A DNA stretch of 40,646 nucleotides, taken from NCBI GenBank assembly GCA_038851325.1, contig JAWCKZ010000008.1, positions 1 through 40,646 on the forward strand. The letters run 5' to 3'. Position 1 is the stretch's first letter. Each line of letters opens with the position of its first letter. The stretch is from Candidatus Bilamarchaeaceae archaeon. Lineage in GTDB: Archaea > Micrarchaeota > Micrarchaeia > Anstonellales > Bilamarchaeaceae. The notes beneath the pieces were generated by a model, which was not told the DNA's origin, ran no database searches, and saw only the letters and a program-made list of their open reading frames with translations. The translations under genes and the position numbers were made by a program. This document shows positions 36,888 through 40,646 of the stretch, in pieces.

Positions 36888-37418
36888 ATGAACTGTATAA
36901 AAAATCAAAAAATAATGGAAAAGGTTCGGGAAGCATGCGAGAAGAAAGATCCTCCACTGTTAAACCTGAAGGGACCACTCGTAGAACGAGCAATTAAACC
37001 GAAGTTTACAGAAGAACAACAGAAGGCCTTAAACGCCCAACTTCTTAAAGCAGCTGAAGAAGGAAACATAAAAGAAGTGGAAGAGCTGCTTACAAAGGGA
37101 GCAGATGTGAATGCGGAGGATGAGTATGGATGGACGGCATTGATGAGGGCTGTCGGGGGTAGAGAGACTAAAATTGCTAGGATGTTGATTGAGAAGGGAG
37201 CAGATGTGAATGCAAAGAATGGATTTGGAAGGACGGCGTTGATGTATGCTGCCCGAAATAGAGATACTGAAATGGTTAGGATGTTAATTGAGAAGGGAGC
37301 AGATGTGAATGCAGAGGATAAATTTGGATGGACGGCGTTGAGAGCGTCGATGAGGGCTGCCAAAAATGAGCATACCGAAATGATTGAAATGCTGAAGAAA
37401 TACGAAGCAAAGGAATGA
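36888..37418 (+). CDS. Ankyrin repeat protein
   Basis: Three to four KGADVNA.D..G.TALM.A repeats; AAGGTGA RBS. Confidence 0.93.
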   Translation: MNCIKNQKIMEKVREACEKKDPPLLNLKGPLVERAIKPKFTEEQQKALNAQLLKAAEEGNIKEVEELLTKGADVNAEDEYGWTALMRAVGGRETKIARMLIEKGADVNAKNGFGRTALMYAARNRDTEMVRMLIEKGADVNAEDKFGWTALRASMRAAKNEHTEMIEMLKKYEAKE

Positions 37419-37618
37419 ATTCCTATAGCACTGGATAAGAAAAAATATTTGCTGACTTTGTTCACGCAGCTTCTTTTTTCTTCTTCTTTTTCGAAAACCT
37501 CTGCCATCGGTTTCTTTAAAAACCATACCAGTATTTTTATAAGGAAAGCGAGTAGCAACCTTGCCGCGTGACGAGCGCGTGGGGAAAATCTTTTAATTTG
37601 CAATGCCCTATTATTTGC

Positions 37619-38482
37619 ATGATAGGTGCACGTTATCTTGCAGTTTTATTTTGGATAGCACTTTTCTTTGGTTGCATAACATTACCGCCATTCCCTGAGA
37701 CTGGGGATAATAAAACTAACGTAACGCCGAGCGTTAATGAAAGTAGCAACGGTGCTGGGATTCCAAATCCAGCCTCAGTGTACTGTACAAATAATGGCGG
37801 AAGGCTTAACATAGTGCAGGAGGCAACGGGCGAGTATGGAGTGTGTGAATTTCCAAACGGTGGAAAATGCGAAGAATGGGCATATTACAATGGCGAGTGC
37901 ACGCCTGAAGGGCCAAATTATTGCGTAACAGACGCTGACTGTGCATGCGGTACTCACATAATTAGTGGAGAATGCTTTGTTGGATCAAAACAATTTGTCA
38001 ACGTAGAGAGACAGTGCCCGGATTACTGCACCGGGATTGGCGGAATGTTCGAAACCAAGTGTGTAAAACATCGATGTCAAATCGTTAGAAAGAAAGAGAC
38101 GAAAATAGGTGACGAGTGCGATTCCACAGCAGACTGTCAGAATGGCGCTGATTGTTATGTGTTACCAGGTTATGAAAAGCCAAGGTGCTATATGGGCGAC
38201 CCATGCGAACTCTGTCCTTCCAACAAAAAATGTATACTTTCAACATCCTTTCCAACCATAGTCAGATGTGTCGAAGAAAACTCACAAGAAGGATTCTGCG
38301 GATGGTCAACAGAAGCTGAATGCACACGCGATGATGATTGTATGCGCGGTGGATGCAACTCTCAAATATGTCAGGCAAGATCAGAGGGAATTATAATGAG
38401 CAGTTGCGATAAACCGTGCTACAGACCAGAACCTTATGGCCTTAGGTGCGGTTGTGTCGAAGGAAAATGCAAATGGCATTAA
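37619..38482 (+). CDS. Secreted/lipoprotein with DUF333 and Cys-rich (eight-cysteine cluster) domains
   Basis: LFFGC lipobox-like signal, IPNPASVYC...GG...GVC.FPNG..CEEW, FCGWST..C..DDDC..GGCNSQIC. Confidence 0.85.
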   Translation: MIGARYLAVLFWIALFFGCITLPPFPETGDNKTNVTPSVNESSNGAGIPNPASVYCTNNGGRLNIVQEATGEYGVCEFPNGGKCEEWAYYNGECTPEGPNYCVTDADCACGTHIISGECFVGSKQFVNVERQCPDYCTGIGGMFETKCVKHRCQIVRKKETKIGDECDSTADCQNGADCYVLPGYEKPRCYMGDPCELCPSNKKCILSTSFPTIVRCVEENSQEGFCGWSTEAECTRDDDCMRGGCNSQICQARSEGIIMSSCDKPCYRPEPYGLRCGCVEGKCKWH

Positions 38483-38558
38483 AGGGATCCAAAGAGTAGC
38501 GTGTATCCATAGCATGTATTTAAATAGTTTATATTCGATCTGCTTCTGGTGAAATTAT

Positions 38559-39365
38559 ATGGAATGCAAAGAATGTAGCTACCTGTTGCTAGCAGTTGCA
38601 GTAGCAATCGTGGTTCTTGGTGGCATTTATATTCTGACTGCAGCAAAACCGCAGTCCACCGCACCGTATATATACATTATCCAGAATACCAGTGAAGCCA
38701 TTGCAGAACATAATACGATATCGACAACCGGCACAGCTGAGGAAAAATTGAATCCGGATATGCTTATTGTTTCCTTTGATGTTGTTACCGAAGATAAGGA
38801 TGCACGAAGTGCGCAGAGCACAAACGCAGATAAGGTAAACGCAATAATAGGAGCGCTCAAGGCGATGGGCATAGAAGACAGAGATATAAAGACAACGTAT
38901 TACGCAATTGACGAGAAGACAGAGAGTCACTATGTTTGCAGAAATACGACTGATGGAAGCGACTGCTACTGGACAACCACTTTTGTCGGATTCTCTGTGA
39001 CGCATTCACTATCGGTCAATATCTACGCGATGAATAAAGGTGGAGAGACTGCAGATAAAATAGTCGAGAATGGAGGAAAGATTGACTCGGTAAGCTTTTC
39101 TCTTAAGCCAGAAACTCTCGAAGCCGCAAAGAGGCGTCTTCTCACCGCAGCAAGCGCAAACGCAAAGGCAAAGGCAGAAGCAATTGCAAGCGGGACTGGT
39201 GCCACAATCCTTAGACCGCTGAGTCTTTCTGAAGAGCGTTATTATACCTTTCCGACTTATCGAAGCATTATGAATGCAGAAGGTGCTCCATCAGTGGCAA
39301 CTCAACTCGCTCCTGGAACAATGGATGTGAATGTTGAGGTGCACGCCATCTTTGAAATCCAATGA
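38559..39365 (+). CDS. SIMPL/DUF541 family protein
   Basis: N-terminal TM, ISTTG......PD, A..NAKAKA..IA...G and PG...V...V..IF motifs. Confidence 0.88.
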   Translation: MECKECSYLLLAVAVAIVVLGGIYILTAAKPQSTAPYIYIIQNTSEAIAEHNTISTTGTAEEKLNPDMLIVSFDVVTEDKDARSAQSTNADKVNAIIGALKAMGIEDRDIKTTYYAIDEKTESHYVCRNTTDGSDCYWTTTFVGFSVTHSLSVNIYAMNKGGETADKIVENGGKIDSVSFSLKPETLEAAKRRLLTAASANAKAKAEAIASGTGATILRPLSLSEERYYTFPTYRSIMNAEGAPSVATQLAPGTMDVNVEVHAIFEIQ

Positions 39366-39406
39366 CTAAGAGCAAGATTTTTAATCCAATTTTCTGAATA
39401 GCATGC

Positions 39407-39844
39407 ATGGTTGCAGTGATCCATCCGCATCATGTAATATCGCAGCTCGCAGTAATAATTTTATCCTTCGCAATAGGAGCTGTTGTATTTGCATTACTTG
39501 GTATGAACGCGTTTCCAATCTTAATCGGACTTGGACTCCTTGCGGCAGCCCTCTGTGCAGCCCTTTACTTCTCAGAATTTTTCGTTACCATCACGCTCAC
39601 AGATAAAGGGATACGGTACGAACGCGGTATGCTTGGCAAGCGCACTGTCCTTATACCTTATGAAATGATCTCAGATGCGCAGTGCACGCAAACCTTTATA
39701 GAGCGGATATTTGGAGTTGGAACGATATTAATAAACACTGCTGGCACAGGCATGGTTGAGCTGACCCAATCAAATATCAGACAGCCAGATATTATGCTTA
39801 TATTGGAAGAAATAGAGAAGCATGCTGGTAAAAAGAGGGAATAA
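39407..39844 (+). CDS. Membrane protein with a bacterial PH (bPH_2) domain
   Basis: Two TM helices then RG.L......IPY..I.D....QT.IERIFG.GTI.I.TAG. Confidence 0.85.
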   Translation: MVAVIHPHHVISQLAVIILSFAIGAVVFALLGMNAFPILIGLGLLAAALCAALYFSEFFVTITLTDKGIRYERGMLGKRTVLIPYEMISDAQCTQTFIERIFGVGTILINTAGTGMVELTQSNIRQPDIMLILEEIEKHAGKKRE

Positions 39845-39846
39845 GC

Positions 39847-40311
39847 TTGATTTCAAAGATTGTAATAAAAGATGAGGATACGATTCTTAAGTTAAGAAGT
39901 CTTGGTGGCGGTGTGGATGAAGAAGGACAGATTAGCCTTCACCCTCTTGAGGCTGCTTATTTCGCAAAGCGTCGTGTTATAGACTATGATTACAGTAAAT
40001 TGTTAAAGGCTGCCGGACCGCTTGCAAAGGAGCGTTATCATGTACTCGAATATCTGAGGGAGAATGGTTATATATCCAAGCCGAGTTTTGATTCAGACCT
40101 GCTCCGCGTTTATAACAAGGGCTTTAGACCAGGGGAAGACAGGACATTCTGCATCATGAAGGTTGTCAAAGACAAAAGGCTTTCGCCTGAGGAGCTCCGC
40201 TCATTCTGCGAATTTGCAGGAAAACTGCGAAAAGAGGCAGTAATCGCAATAGTCGCAAATCTAGAAGAAGAACCTGTTTTCATTAAGGTTTCAAAGACAA
40301 AACTCGAATAG
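39847..40311 (+). CDS. endA: tRNA-splicing endonuclease subunit, probably structural (beta)
   Basis: L.PLEA.Y, Y.V..YLRE.GY, RVY.KG.RPG, A..LRK..VIAIV motifs; catalytic His position reads R (GEDRT). Confidence 0.8.
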   Translation: MISKIVIKDEDTILKLRSLGGGVDEEGQISLHPLEAAYFAKRRVIDYDYSKLLKAAGPLAKERYHVLEYLRENGYISKPSFDSDLLRVYNKGFRPGEDRTFCIMKVVKDKRLSPEELRSFCEFAGKLRKEAVIAIVANLEEEPVFIKVSKTKLE

Positions 40312-40364
40312 CACAGAGCGAAGAAATAAAGAAGAAAAAAGAGTTAAGCTTCTATACAATTGCC

Positions 40365-40646
40365 TTAATCTAGCGTCACAGTAATATCCACATGTACGTA
40401 GCCACTCGTGTGATTCACTCCTATCTGGTGGATTGTTACTGTGAAACCATCCCCTCGTACTTCCCCTGTTACACCTCTGCCATCGAGTGTTAAGGTATCA
40501 AGAACCGTTCCACCACACGCAACTTCATACGTTACATTGCTGTACCATATACGTGTGCATCTGACTGTTACCCCTCCAACTGTTACACTGCGTCCTACGT
40601 AGAGATTATAATCAGTAATGCTGGCCTCGATTATCCCGGTGCATAC
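40365..40646 (-). CDS. C-terminal part of a beta-rich, surface-protein-like ORF running off the window
   Basis: Open frame VCTGIIEAS...YVHVDITVTLD-stop from the window edge; Val/Thr/Gly-rich. Confidence 0.65.
   Translation of the reverse strand, partial: VCTGIIEASITDYNLYVGRSVTVGGVTVRCTRIWYSNVTYEVACGGTVLDTLTLDGRGVTGEVRGDGFTVTIHQIGVNHTSGYVHVDITVTLD

Noticed and set aside
36905..37603. Long antisense or overlapping ORFs (also 18367-18951, 14693-15214, 24920-25465, 34583-35053)
   Set aside because: They are shadows of well-supported genes on the opposite strand

Overview
Archaeal genomic window, most likely a DPANN archaeon (Micrarchaeota-like). The lineage is inferred from archaeal rpl1-rpl10(P0)-rpl12(P1), Elp3, an Rpp30-like gene, a tRNA splicing endonuclease subunit, BHB tRNA introns, TATA-like promoters and GGAGG/GGTGA RBS motifs. 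The left ~4.5 kb is a decayed AT-rich accessory region: a frameshifted IS66, a frameshifted AIPR gene, attC-like palindromes and an IS6 remnant. The rest mixes housekeeping genes with large orphan, repeat and surface proteins. The most interesting signals are non-coding and absent from the ORF track: (i) a tRNA-Glu(UUC) with three BHB introns (D-loop 21/22, anticodon 37/38, T-loop 59/60), in the same window as an apparently non-catalytic EndA subunit; (ii) a two-guide C/D box sRNA predicted to direct Cm34 in tRNA-Leu(CAA); (iii) an intron-containing tRNA-Thr(GGU) whose acceptor stem doubles as the RBS of the next gene; (iv) a circularly permuted L1-binding-like leader covering the rpl1 RBS; (v) a six-copy MITE-like family, two copies of which bracket an ATPase gene. 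A 1354-aa protein also carries tandem GGDEF-like domains behind a hydrophobic segment. All calls were made by eye; no database search or folding program was run.
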